From the IMG/VR virus record IMGVR_UViG_3300028553_000005, positions 62,001-126,000 of that record: DNA of 64,000 bases, one strand, 5' to 3'. The notes beneath the pieces are model-generated. The model was not told the DNA's origin, searched no databases, and saw only the letters and a list, made by a program, of their open reading frames with translations. Numbering within the stretch: the first letter of the stretch is position 1; every line of letters begins with the position of its first letter. The DNA comes from an uncultured virus (IMG/VR IMGVR_UViG_3300028553_000005). Taxonomy: Duplodnaviria; Heunggongvirae; Uroviricota; Caudoviricetes. The position numbers and the translations under genes are program-made. Below, piece by piece: positions 10,129-19,361 of this stretch.

Positions 10129-10841
10129 GTTTCTAATCTATCATTACGAATTGTTGAACGGCCTTCTAGAGGTCTGCCAAGTATGGTTGTTTTAAGATTA
10201 CCATCTTCTTCTCTTTCTTTAACATCATAGGCGTAGATACCCATCTGATAAATTGGAAATATATCGGCTCGAAGAATGATATCTAATGGCGCACAGATAC
10301 CAAATTTAATTACATGAGAAATCATATTTTTTGCCACAGCAGGATCAATGGCATATGCATGAGCCCTACAAATAAAATGATAGTTTGGTCCTTCTGATGC
10401 ATGAGTAGGTGTTGGTAGAACTGGCCAACCACCGTTGACCTGTTCATTATTACCTAGATATGCGATTGAATTAAATACGGCATGCTTGAGATATGGTTGA
10501 ACCATAATCGAATCATGTTCTAAAATAACAATTGGTTGGTCTATCTCAACACACTTAGCCCACAAAGAAATATGGGACAATGCACAAGCCACTTCACCTC
10601 TCGTCAAGTAATGATCTGTGATTTTCATCATTTTCATTACTGAACTATTTTTAGAATGTTCCGGCTCTTTGATGCGCCGAGAATAACCATCATACGCATC
10701 CCAATACTCGTAAGGCATTTTTACTTGATTACAAGATTCGGCACATCGTAAGGCCACATCTTCAGATTTTTTATTATCTTTAACCCGAATGATGTAAGCC
10801 TTATCTACATCCATATTATACGAAAAAAACAAAGAATTCAT
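10125..10841 (-). CDS. Glycosyltransferase family 25-like
   Basis: YWDAYDG, LTRGEVACALSHISLW, ILEHD, AHAYAI. Confidence 0.82.
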   Translation of the reverse strand: MNSLFFSYNMDVDKAYIIRVKDNKKSEDVALRCAESCNQVKMPYEYWDAYDGYSRRIKEPEHSKNSSVMKMMKITDHYLTRGEVACALSHISLWAKCVEIDQPIVILEHDSIMVQPYLKHAVFNSIAYLGNNEQVNGGWPVLPTPTHASEGPNYHFICRAHAYAIDPAVAKNMISHVIKFGICAPLDIILRADIFPIYQMGIYAYDVKEREEDGNLKTTILGRPLEGRSTIRNDRLET

Positions 10842-10858
10842 AACAAACTTTCAAAAAA

Positions 10859-11281
10859 TTACATTAGTGCGTCAACATCCTCATGTGTAGCGGCTGCATT
10901 AACTTGAATAACACGAGCATCTCTAGTTGACTTGGCGGCTTCAATTTCAGCTTCAAGTGTGGAGATTTGGTCAGCAAACTCTGGTATATTACGCTTCATT
11001 TGCAATTGGTTTTCTAAACGAATTACTTCAAAATTGGCTTGACCAATTAAAGAACCTTTACGCTCATCAACTGACAACTCACGCTTACCCCAAACAATCT
11101 CAATTGGATTTTTGGTAATATCAAATGTATGTGTTGTAAGAATTTCACGGTTAGGTGTGAGGTCTGGAGTAATCTCTACGGCTGCACTCCAACCGGATTG
11201 ACCTTCTGGTGCTGGTGTATCCCAGCAATCTGTTACCTTACCATTCTGAACTCGAACATTATAACCTGATCTTGTTGGCAT
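10859..11281 (-). CDS. Hypothetical protein (possible fibre assembly chaperone)
   Basis: 140-aa ORF with AGGAG ribosome-binding site; helical C-terminus ending AAATHEDVDALM. Confidence 0.5.
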   Translation of the reverse strand: MPTRSGYNVRVQNGKVTDCWDTPAPEGQSGWSAAVEITPDLTPNREILTTHTFDITKNPIEIVWGKRELSVDERKGSLIGQANFEVIRLENQLQMKRNIPEFADQISTLEAEIEAAKSTRDARVIQVNAAATHEDVDALM

Positions 11282-11293
11282 TACTATCTCCTA

Positions 11294-13054
11294 TTACTTT
11301 TTAAAATTTTGTAAATCGACTTTGATCTGATCAAATGGAGCAGACCATTCTCCAAATACTTCTTGGCGATACAGCTTCACCGAATCATACCAGACTGTTG
11401 TGTTTCCTGGTGGAGCCCACAAATAGTAAGGCAATTTAGGTACTACAATCCATGTTGGTATTCCCATGGCACCACAGAGATGTGCAACAGAGGTACATGA
11501 TGTGATAATTAAATCACATGATGCAGCCGCTATTCGTGTTTCTTCCCAATGACCTAGTGGTACTTCTTTTACCCAATATGGTTTGTATTGAGAACCCTCA
11601 TCTCGTTGCAGTGATATAAATTCTGCATCAACATCTTCTAAGGCATCAAATAGTTTTGTTGGTGGGAATATCCGATGTTGTTCATGTTCGAACTGTGGAT
11701 TACCTTGCCACCGTAGACCGATTCTCAAACCTTTATGTGGTTCTACTAATGGTTTATTTATGTATGGTTTTCCTGATATGTCCTTGTATTCGTAACCAAG
11801 AATGGGTATCGTGGACATGGATGGTGCCCAATAATCATGTACAATACCATATACAGCATCACTCTGGCAGACCGCCACGACTCCTTCTATATCACGGAAT
11901 AGTGTCGCCAACGAACCGGAACACGCCACAATCACTTCTCCAGCAATCTTTGCAATATCCCTTGCGTAACGAACTCCGTGTATCTGGTCACCTAATCCAC
12001 CTTCTAGATTTAATAATACGGTACCTTTTGATTTGCCGTCCCACATTGGCATTGGTGATTTTGGTGGTTCATTACCAAACACTCCTTCGTCACGACCACG
12101 GAACAATAGTTTTTCACCTTCTAAAAGTTTACCATGTTGCATGAGATACCAACCACGATTAAAAGCGGCACGATTATTCCATGGTTCTTCTTTCTCTAAT
12201 TTCTGTGCTATCTTCCAACCTTCTTCAAAGTTACCCATTAGACCAGCAGCCAACTGTAAATCAAGGTCGTGAATAGGTTTATTGGCAACTTTTTCTCCTA
12301 ACCAAAATCTTGGTTGTACGAATTCATAATAACGATGCTTCAATACATCTTTAGAATCTTCTTTGTGTTGATAACCTAATTTTGGTTTAACATCATGAAG
12401 GCCTTTTACTTCCCAAATTTCTTCATCTTTTTCTTGTAGATTGGTACCATCAATGGCATTTAAATCATATTCAAAATCTGGTAATTCTAAAAACTCATGA
12501 ACTCGTTTTAATTCTTTTTGTGGATCATTCATCAGATCATCATAGTCAATAATTAAAAAACATTCAGGTGCAAATGAATATCCTTTTTCAAATGTTTGAT
12601 ATGATTCTTTGAGGTGTTTAATCAGGTCATCTTTGAGTAAAAAATGATCCAAATTTTTTGGTTTAGCCACACGAACAAAAGAAGCGGCACAATCTTCTAC
12701 ATTACGAACTGTGGCAATAATTTTAGGTTTATGTCCAAGAACTTTAGACATGGTACGCATGTTCGTATCATCAGCCCAACCTCTAGCTTTATCAAGAATG
12801 ATGGGTTTATCAATGTCATGATATTGAGTTTTACAGATGTTATTTAAAACATGCTGAATCTTTTCTTCTTCCTTTTTCTGATCCGTTTGAGCTCTAGTGG
12901 TCAAACTATCAGCCCATGCTCTTAGAGTACCTACTAGGGTATCTAAAAGATTAGAAGTGGATGTGGCATGAATGCTTGGATTTTGGCTAAGAATAGCAGC
13001 CAATACTGTTGAACCAGAACGTGGAAGTCCTGAAAGAAAATATATGTTTTTCAC
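11294..13054 (-). CDS. Sulfotransferase + TPR-like + GT-B (GT9-like) glycosyltransferase fusion
   Basis: 5'-PSB loop SGLPRSGST, 3'-PB-like TVRNVEDCAAS; helical AAFNRGWYL segment; EGGLGDQI and DLIITSCTSVAHLCGAMG; GTG start. Confidence 0.82.
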   Translation of the reverse strand: MKNIYFLSGLPRSGSTVLAAILSQNPSIHATSTSNLLDTLVGTLRAWADSLTTRAQTDQKKEEEKIQHVLNNICKTQYHDIDKPIILDKARGWADDTNMRTMSKVLGHKPKIIATVRNVEDCAASFVRVAKPKNLDHFLLKDDLIKHLKESYQTFEKGYSFAPECFLIIDYDDLMNDPQKELKRVHEFLELPDFEYDLNAIDGTNLQEKDEEIWEVKGLHDVKPKLGYQHKEDSKDVLKHRYYEFVQPRFWLGEKVANKPIHDLDLQLAAGLMGNFEEGWKIAQKLEKEEPWNNRAAFNRGWYLMQHGKLLEGEKLLFRGRDEGVFGNEPPKSPMPMWDGKSKGTVLLNLEGGLGDQIHGVRYARDIAKIAGEVIVACSGSLATLFRDIEGVVAVCQSDAVYGIVHDYWAPSMSTIPILGYEYKDISGKPYINKPLVEPHKGLRIGLRWQGNPQFEHEQHRIFPPTKLFDALEDVDAEFISLQRDEGSQYKPYWVKEVPLGHWEETRIAAASCDLIITSCTSVAHLCGAMGIPTWIVVPKLPYYLWAPPGNTTVWYDSVKLYRQEVFGEWSAPFDQIKVDLQNFKK

Positions 13055-13086
13055 TGGTAAAACCTTTCAAATAATTAATTCACACT

Positions 13087-13115
13087 ATTATATATGATAC
13101 TTGGATTGATGGCAA
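13087..13115 (-). promoter_or_regulatory. Sigma70-like promoter TTGCCA-N17-TATAAT upstream of the modification cassette
   Basis: -35 box at 13115-13110, 17-nt spacer, perfect -10 box at 13092-13087, GAAAGG before GTG at 13054. Confidence 0.6.
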
Positions 13116-13148
13116 TGTTGTTAAGGTATTTTACAATATCATGTGGAA

Positions 13149-14957
13149 CTATGATAATTTGGCAAACCCGGCGTAAGGCCCCATACTAACTAAAGTCCAA
13201 TTTGTTGCTGATCCTACTTGTATTGGACTGGATCGGGTAACTTTATCATTTCTTCCTAATTGGCCATAATTATTTTGTCCCCAAGACCACAATGTGCCAT
13301 CTGTTTTGGTGGCCGTAAAACTATACGCACCTCCACTAATTAAACTCCAATTTGTTTCTGTTCCTACTTGTGTTGGACTGGATCTATAAACACCTCGATT
13401 ATTGTGTCCTAATTGGCCAAAATCATTTTTTCCCCATGTCCATAAAGTACCATCAGTTTTAGTAGCTGCTTGTATAGGACCGGGTGCACCGATAACAAAA
13501 TTATTTAAACTCCAATTGGTATTTGCTCCAATTTGTACTGGACTCGACCTACGAACTGTATCATTTCTTCCTAATTGGCCATTGTTATTATATCCCCAAC
13601 TCCATAGTGTGCCATTAGTTTTGGTGGCTATAGTATAATTATCTCCGAGTTTTGCTTGACTCCAAGTTGTATCTGATCCTACTTGTATTGGACTGGATCG
13701 GGTAACTCTATCATTTCTTCCTAATTGGCCTTCTTCGTTAATTCCCCACATCCATAAAGTACCATCAGTTTTGGTGGCCGATACAACTCCCACTCGACCA
13801 ACACCTATTTTACTCCAAGTAGTTCCTGATACTTGAACTGGACTAGATCGGTTAACTCTATCATTGCGGCCATGTTGACCAGAATCATTTTGTCCCCATG
13901 TCCATAAAGTACCATCGGTTTTGATAGCTGCAAAGAAATAGGGGCTGATACTTATCAATGACCAATTGGTATTTGTTCCAATTTGTACAGGACTGGATCT
14001 ATTGACTCGATCATTATGTCCTAATTGACCATTACTATTATTTCCCCATGACCATAGGGTACCATCAGTTTTGGTGGCCAACACAGAATACCTTGCCGTA
14101 CTTATTTGATTCCAATTTGTATCTGTTCCTACTTGTGTTGGACTGGATTTAGAAGAAGAACCAATATTTAATCCATCTTCTCCATTCCCAGAATGAAAAC
14201 CCCACACATATAATCCTGGCGCTGGACCTATCGTTACCGTCAAACTAAATGTACGACTTGCATCTTGATTTTCAACGTCAGTTGCTTTCACATCGAATGT
14301 GTAAGTTGTTTGTGTACCAATTGTTACAATACCAGAAAATAATCCGTTAGCGGCCAATGTAGTACCAGCAGGTAGCGATGTGGTGTTTGCATAAGTTATT
14401 GATGAATCGGAGTTTGCGCTCAGATTAACAGAAAAAGATGTATTGGCATTTTGGTTACTTAATGTTGCACCGGTGCTCCATGCTGGGAATGAACTTGTTG
14501 TCAATCCATTAATTCGAATACCTGTACCTCCATTACTGTTAACGACATATACAGGATATGAAGCCGCTGTGAGTGCTGGAACTTGTGCTCTGAGTGTTGT
14601 TGAATTTACAAAAGATACCGCAGGAGCCGCAGTTGATCCAAATACCACAGTTGAACTATTGGTAAATCCTGATCCAGTAATAACAACATATCCACCAGTA
14701 GTATTGGCTGCCGTATCATCTAAAATATTATAAGATGAATCTGCAATTTGAATTGTAGTAATTAGTGGAGATGCTGAGTTTGCCAGTATGGCTGCATTGG
14801 TATTTGCAGTTGCAAAAGCAGCAGCTGCCACAGCAGTAGCAATAGTTGCAAGAGTGTTTGCATTAGTTGCAGTAGCTAAACCACTTGCAACAGATGAATC
14901 AAGTTTATCTGAAGTAATTGATGATGCGAGGATATTGTTTGCTGTTATTTTTGCCAT
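13149..14957 (-). CDS. IPT/TIG + Ig-like + RCC1-like propeller protein
   Basis: Repeated KTDGTLWSWG..GQLG.ND.V.RSSP.QVG blades. Confidence 0.85.
   Translation of the reverse strand: MAKITANNILASSITSDKLDSSVASGLATATNANTLATIATAVAAAAFATANTNAAILANSASPLITTIQIADSSYNILDDTAANTTGGYVVITGSGFTNSSTVVFGSTAAPAVSFVNSTTLRAQVPALTAASYPVYVVNSNGGTGIRINGLTTSSFPAWSTGATLSNQNANTSFSVNLSANSDSSITYANTTSLPAGTTLAANGLFSGIVTIGTQTTYTFDVKATDVENQDASRTFSLTVTIGPAPGLYVWGFHSGNGEDGLNIGSSSKSSPTQVGTDTNWNQISTARYSVLATKTDGTLWSWGNNSNGQLGHNDRVNRSSPVQIGTNTNWSLISISPYFFAAIKTDGTLWTWGQNDSGQHGRNDRVNRSSPVQVSGTTWSKIGVGRVGVVSATKTDGTLWMWGINEEGQLGRNDRVTRSSPIQVGSDTTWSQAKLGDNYTIATKTNGTLWSWGYNNNGQLGRNDTVRRSSPVQIGANTNWSLNNFVIGAPGPIQAATKTDGTLWTWGKNDFGQLGHNNRGVYRSSPTQVGTETNWSLISGGAYSFTATKTDGTLWSWGQNNYGQLGRNDKVTRSSPIQVGSATNWTLVSMGPYAGFAKLS
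13208..13730. repeat. 58-bp near-identical direct repeat between propeller blades
   Basis: 13208-13265 vs 13673-13730, one mismatch. Confidence 0.85.
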
Positions 14958-14962
14958 GTAAT

Positions 14963-16513
14963 TTATGCATTTCTTTTTGCGATTGATGAGTAGTGTCCAG
15001 CATATACTTCACTCCAATCTGTTGCTGTTCCAATTTGAACAGGACTGGATCTGTTATTTATATCGTTTTGTCCTAATTGACCATTACCGTTATTTCCCCA
15101 AGACCATAGTGTGCCGTTAGATTTTAATGCCGTTACTCCATGATAATCACACACGGCATTTAACCAAGTTGTTTCTACTCCAACTTGAACTGGACTGGAT
15201 CTCTGAATTGAATCATTTAAACCTAATGATCCATATTCGGTATTATTCCATCCCCAAGTCCATAGTGTGCCATCAGTTTTAATACCTACAGAATTTCTTG
15301 ATGTTGAAATTGTATTCCAAGTACCTGTACCTATTTGTACCGGACTGGACCTATTAATTTTGTTATTTAATCCAAGTTCGCCTAAAGAATTTGATCCCCA
15401 TACCCATAGTGTACCATCTGTTTTAATAGCTGCAGGATAGGCCGTATCACAAGGACTTTCGGAGAATTTTAACCAATTTGTTAACGCACCAATTTGGACC
15501 GGAGAGGACCTATCAATTGTCGAATTGTTGCCAATTGCATATCCTGGACCCCAAGCCCATGCCGTGCCATCGGTTTTAATAGCATAAAGATTGTATGCTG
15601 CAGTTTTAATTTGAGCCCAATTTGTCATTGTGCCAACTTGAGTTGGACTGGACCTATCGGTTATACTATTTAATCCTAAAGCGCCATAATTACCATAACC
15701 CCATGTCCACAATGTACCATCAGTTTTAATGCCTGCAGAAAAATAATAACCAATGCTTATGGAAGACCAATTTCCTGTACCAATTTGAGTTGGACTGGAC
15801 CTATTAATTATATCATTTAATCCTAAGTTACCACGAAAATTTCGACCCATCGCCCACAAAGTTTTTGTTGGTGATTTTCCTTTTAAAAGTAATGTATGTG
15901 CAGCTCCACTAGTAGCGTTTGACCACAAATAAGCTTCACCAATTTGAACAGGACTGGACCTAGCAATTGCATCATTTGTGCCTAATTGTCCAAAAAAATT
16001 TTCTCCCCATCCCCATAGATTAGACAATTGACTACCAGGAAAATCACTTGTTATTAAACCTCTTGGTCGAATTGCAGTACCGCCACTACTATTCACCACA
16101 TATACAGGATAAGTTCCTGATGAGATGGCTGGAATCTGTGCTCTAAGTGTGGATGAATTCACCAATGTGGTTGTTAATGCGGTGTTACTGGATCCAACCA
16201 CAACAATTGCGCCGGATTGAAAATTGGAACCTGTAATTTGTAAGTATGCACCGGTGGTATTGGCTTCGGCAATATTTAGAACATTATAAGATGAATCTGT
16301 AACTGATACTACATTAATTGTTGGAGGCAAAGCGGCAAGCTCTTGAGTTTGTAATGTAACAAATGTATTAACTGCTTGTGCGGCCACATTGGCAGCAATT
16401 GCCAAATCATTAGCAATACCTGCGGCATTAAATGTGTTTGCTACACCAGAATCAAATACAAAAGACTTGATTGAGTTGTTTGCAATATTAATCGCACGGA
16501 CATATTGAGTCAT
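14963..16513 (-). CDS. IPT/TIG + RCC1-like propeller protein
   Basis: Same blade consensus; lacks the Ig-like linker domain of its paralogues. Confidence 0.85.
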   Translation of the reverse strand: MTQYVRAINIANNSIKSFVFDSGVANTFNAAGIANDLAIAANVAAQAVNTFVTLQTQELAALPPTINVVSVTDSSYNVLNIAEANTTGAYLQITGSNFQSGAIVVVGSSNTALTTTLVNSSTLRAQIPAISSGTYPVYVVNSSGGTAIRPRGLITSDFPGSQLSNLWGWGENFFGQLGTNDAIARSSPVQIGEAYLWSNATSGAAHTLLLKGKSPTKTLWAMGRNFRGNLGLNDIINRSSPTQIGTGNWSSISIGYYFSAGIKTDGTLWTWGYGNYGALGLNSITDRSSPTQVGTMTNWAQIKTAAYNLYAIKTDGTAWAWGPGYAIGNNSTIDRSSPVQIGALTNWLKFSESPCDTAYPAAIKTDGTLWVWGSNSLGELGLNNKINRSSPVQIGTGTWNTISTSRNSVGIKTDGTLWTWGWNNTEYGSLGLNDSIQRSSPVQVGVETTWLNAVCDYHGVTALKSNGTLWSWGNNGNGQLGQNDINNRSSPVQIGTATDWSEVYAGHYSSIAKRNA

Positions 16514-16519
16514 TTGAAA

Positions 16520-18244
16520 TTAATTTGAGGTAATAGCTATTGTGTGAGAATGTCCACCTACAATTTTACTCCAATTTGTATTTGTTCCTATTTGAACTGG
16601 ACTACTTGATGATATACCTGAATTTAATCCTCGTTTTCCATTACTACCATCTCCCCATGACCAAAGAGTGCCATCAGTTTTAATTGCTATAGCATGTGTT
16701 TGGCCGGTGCTTATTTCACTCCAATTTGTATTTGTTCCTACTTGAACCGGACTGGATCTATAAATTGTATTGTTAATTCCTAATTGACCATAAGCATTCA
16801 TTCCCCATGCCCATAAAGTGCCATCAGTTTTAATTGCAAAACTATGGTTCTGAGCTGCAGCCACTTTACTCCAAGTTGTTCCTGCAACTTGACTTAGATT
16901 AGAAACGTTGGACACGTTATTACGTCCTAGCTGGCCCGTATCATTATTTCCCCATGCGTAAAGAGTATTATCTGTTGATCTAACAGCTAAACAATGAGCA
17001 CCACCAAGAGCTATCGAACTCCATACTGATCCATCTATTAACTGTGGAGTTGTTTGTGTGGTTGTATTAAAGTTTCCTATTTGTCCAGAACCATTATGGC
17101 CCCATGACCAAAGTGTGCCATCAGTTTTTGTGGCCAAACCATTTTTTTCTGAAGCTAATATTAGATTCCATGTAGTACCTGAACCAACTTGAACAGGACT
17201 GGATTTATAACTACCACTACCAATGCCATCACCTAACCGGCCGTCATTGGTAACTCCCCAAGACCACAAGGTGCCATCAGTTTTTGTAGCTAAAGAATGA
17301 AGCGGTCCTACTGCTACTCTGTTCCAATTTGTTCCTGTTCCTACTTGAATTGGACTGGATCTATTAACTGTATTATTTTGTCCTAATTGGCCATAACTAT
17401 TACGACCCCATGACCAAAGTGTGCCATCCGTTTTTGTTGCTAAAGTATGTGTGCTGTCAAAATAATGATTGGCCGCTCCTATATTATTCCATGTAGTACC
17501 TGAACCAACTTGAACAGGACTGGAATAACTTGTTTCACTATTTTGACCTAATTTTCCATAACTACCAGAACCCCATAACCATAATTTTGTTTGTGGTATT
17601 ACTGTGACAGTTAAGCTAAATGTTCTAGAAACATCCTGATTTTCAGCATCGGTGGCTTTCACATCAAATGAATATGTGGTCTGAGCACCAATAGAAACTG
17701 TACCAGAAAAATATCCGTTAGCAGCTAATGTTGTACCAGCTGGTAATGCTGTAGTATTGGAATAAGTTATTGATGAATCGGAGTTTGCACTTAAACTAAC
17801 TGAGAAGGCTACATTTGATGATTGATTACTTAACGATGATCCAGTTGACCATGCTGGAAATGAACTGTATGTTATACCATTTACTTTAATTGCTGTTGCA
17901 CCAGTGACACTATCAACCACATATAAAGGATATGATGCTGCAGCCAAGCCAGGAACTTGAGCTCGTAACTGTTTTGTATTTGCAAATGTGGTACTAGTAG
18001 CATTAGTCGTACCAACAATAACAACAGACTGATTCGTAAAACCCGTTCCGTTAATTACCAAATAACCACCACCTGTATTAGCTGCTGTATCATCTATAAC
18101 ATTATAAGATGAATCGGCAATTTGCACACTACTAATGGCCAAAGAAACAATGTTTGCAACGGCTGCATTGGCTGCTTCGGCTGCCGCTAACTTTGTAGTA
18201 ATTGTATTATCTAAATTTGATGTTGTTATTTGTGTAAACGCCAT
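16520..18244 (-). CDS. IPT/TIG + Ig-like + RCC1-like propeller protein
   Basis: Same blade consensus and N-terminal domains as 5159..6886 and 13149..14957. Confidence 0.85.
   Translation of the reverse strand: MAFTQITTSNLDNTITTKLAAAEAANAAVANIVSLAISSVQIADSSYNVIDDTAANTGGGYLVINGTGFTNQSVVIVGTTNATSTTFANTKQLRAQVPGLAAASYPLYVVDSVTGATAIKVNGITYSSFPAWSTGSSLSNQSSNVAFSVSLSANSDSSITYSNTTALPAGTTLAANGYFSGTVSIGAQTTYSFDVKATDAENQDVSRTFSLTVTVIPQTKLWLWGSGSYGKLGQNSETSYSSPVQVGSGTTWNNIGAANHYFDSTHTLATKTDGTLWSWGRNSYGQLGQNNTVNRSSPIQVGTGTNWNRVAVGPLHSLATKTDGTLWSWGVTNDGRLGDGIGSGSYKSSPVQVGSGTTWNLILASEKNGLATKTDGTLWSWGHNGSGQIGNFNTTTQTTPQLIDGSVWSSIALGGAHCLAVRSTDNTLYAWGNNDTGQLGRNNVSNVSNLSQVAGTTWSKVAAAQNHSFAIKTDGTLWAWGMNAYGQLGINNTIYRSSPVQVGTNTNWSEISTGQTHAIAIKTDGTLWSWGDGSNGKRGLNSGISSSSPVQIGTNTNWSKIVGGHSHTIAITSN
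17165..17524. repeat. 39-bp identical direct repeat between propeller blades
   Basis: attccatgtagtacctgaaccaacttgaacaggactgga at 17165-17203 and 17486-17524. Confidence 0.85.
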
Positions 18245-18253
18245 TTTTTATCC

Positions 18254-19318
18254 TTAGATTGACATCTCTCTAATTTGAACGACCACATTGGCTACTGGTG
18301 CGGTTACAAATGTTAATGTTACTCCACTTACTGTGTAATCTGATACAGGCACTTGACAGATACCGTTTTCATATACAAACATTGAGTTGGCTGTTTGACC
18401 TGCTGTTACAGTAAATAAGGTTTGTGCACCATTTGCTGTGTATCTACGCATTACAGGTTGTGTTAATGGCACCAACTTATTAGTTGGCATCTCACGAATC
18501 TGTATGGTTTCATCTGATTGTGGAGTTAACACATAGGTTAATGTTGTACCACTTACTGTATAATCATCACCAGGGAATTGACACACACCATTGTTAAACA
18601 CCATGACTGTATTTGCGGTGTGTCCAACTGAAATTGTAAATGTGTTGGTTGATCCGTTACCTTGATAAATTCGTGTTGAGTAAGCAGTAGGGCTTACATT
18701 CATAATACTACCAGCAACTGTGGTCACTTCTATTGTATCATTGGCTGTTGCTACGCCTGTAAGAATAACATTTGCAGCAGCGATAGAATATGTGCCTTTT
18801 TCTTGATAGACACCATTTAAAAATACAAATGTGTTATCTTCAGAATCAGGCACAGCAGACAATGTAAATTGTGTTTGACTACCATTACCTGTAAATGTAT
18901 CTACTGTTGCAGTGAATGAAGTTAAACTACCACCACCTGCACCACCTGAACCTGCGGCTGCATTTGCTGTATTGGCTAAAGTGTAAGCATCGTTGGCTTT
19001 ATTAAATGCAGCTTGTGCTTTCGTATCAGCAGCAGTTATATTGGTGTTTTGAGTTGTGTCTACACCTTGTAGTATGGTGATATTTGTATTCTGTGTGGTA
19101 TCAACACCCTCGATGATTGACATACGTGTATTTTGTGCTGTGTTTACACCTTGAATAATTGTAATATTATTGGTTGCAGTATTGGCCAACACAAAAGCTT
19201 CTGCAACGGCTGTACCAAGATCCACACCATTAGCAGTAATCGAAGTGGTAGTAACATTACCAAACACAAAACTTGCTGTGTTACTGATTGCATCTGGTAG
19301 TATTTTTAATATTGGCAT
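18254..19318 (-). CDS. Fibre protein with three C-terminal repeated beta domains
   Basis: Three roughly 65-aa units starting FTGNGSQTQF, YQGNGSTNTF, YTANGAQTLF, each with NG.xQ....Y(S/T). Confidence 0.65.
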   Translation of the reverse strand: MPILKILPDAISNTASFVFGNVTTTSITANGVDLGTAVAEAFVLANTATNNITIIQGVNTAQNTRMSIIEGVDTTQNTNITILQGVDTTQNTNITAADTKAQAAFNKANDAYTLANTANAAAGSGGAGGGSLTSFTATVDTFTGNGSQTQFTLSAVPDSEDNTFVFLNGVYQEKGTYSIAAANVILTGVATANDTIEVTTVAGSIMNVSPTAYSTRIYQGNGSTNTFTISVGHTANTVMVFNNGVCQFPGDDYTVSGTTLTYVLTPQSDETIQIREMPTNKLVPLTQPVMRRYTANGAQTLFTVTAGQTANSMFVYENGICQVPVSDYTVSGVTLTFVTAPVANVVVQIREMSI

Positions 19319-19343
19319 TTACAAACCTTTTATTCTTATTGTT

Positions 19344-19351
19344 TATTTATT
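19344..19351 (-). promoter_or_regulatory. Late promoter variant AATAAATA
   Basis: Intergenic, upstream of AAAGG and ATG at 19318. Confidence 0.5.
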
Positions 19352-19361
19352 TGTTTTGTAA

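Noticed and set aside
6946..13054. Cassette as a DNA hypermodification system or as host contamination
   Set aside because: No nucleotide-modifying enzymes seen, and the enzyme types are surface-glycan-like; AT content, orientation and tight junctions match the phage. DNA as a target is disfavoured, not excluded
13149..18244. Diversity-generating retroelement (TR/VR pairs) suggested by repeats and Mtd-like domains
   Set aside because: No reverse transcriptase in the window; repeats are short, both copies are coding, and they lack multiple adenine-specific mismatches; only the Mtd N-terminal-like part is present
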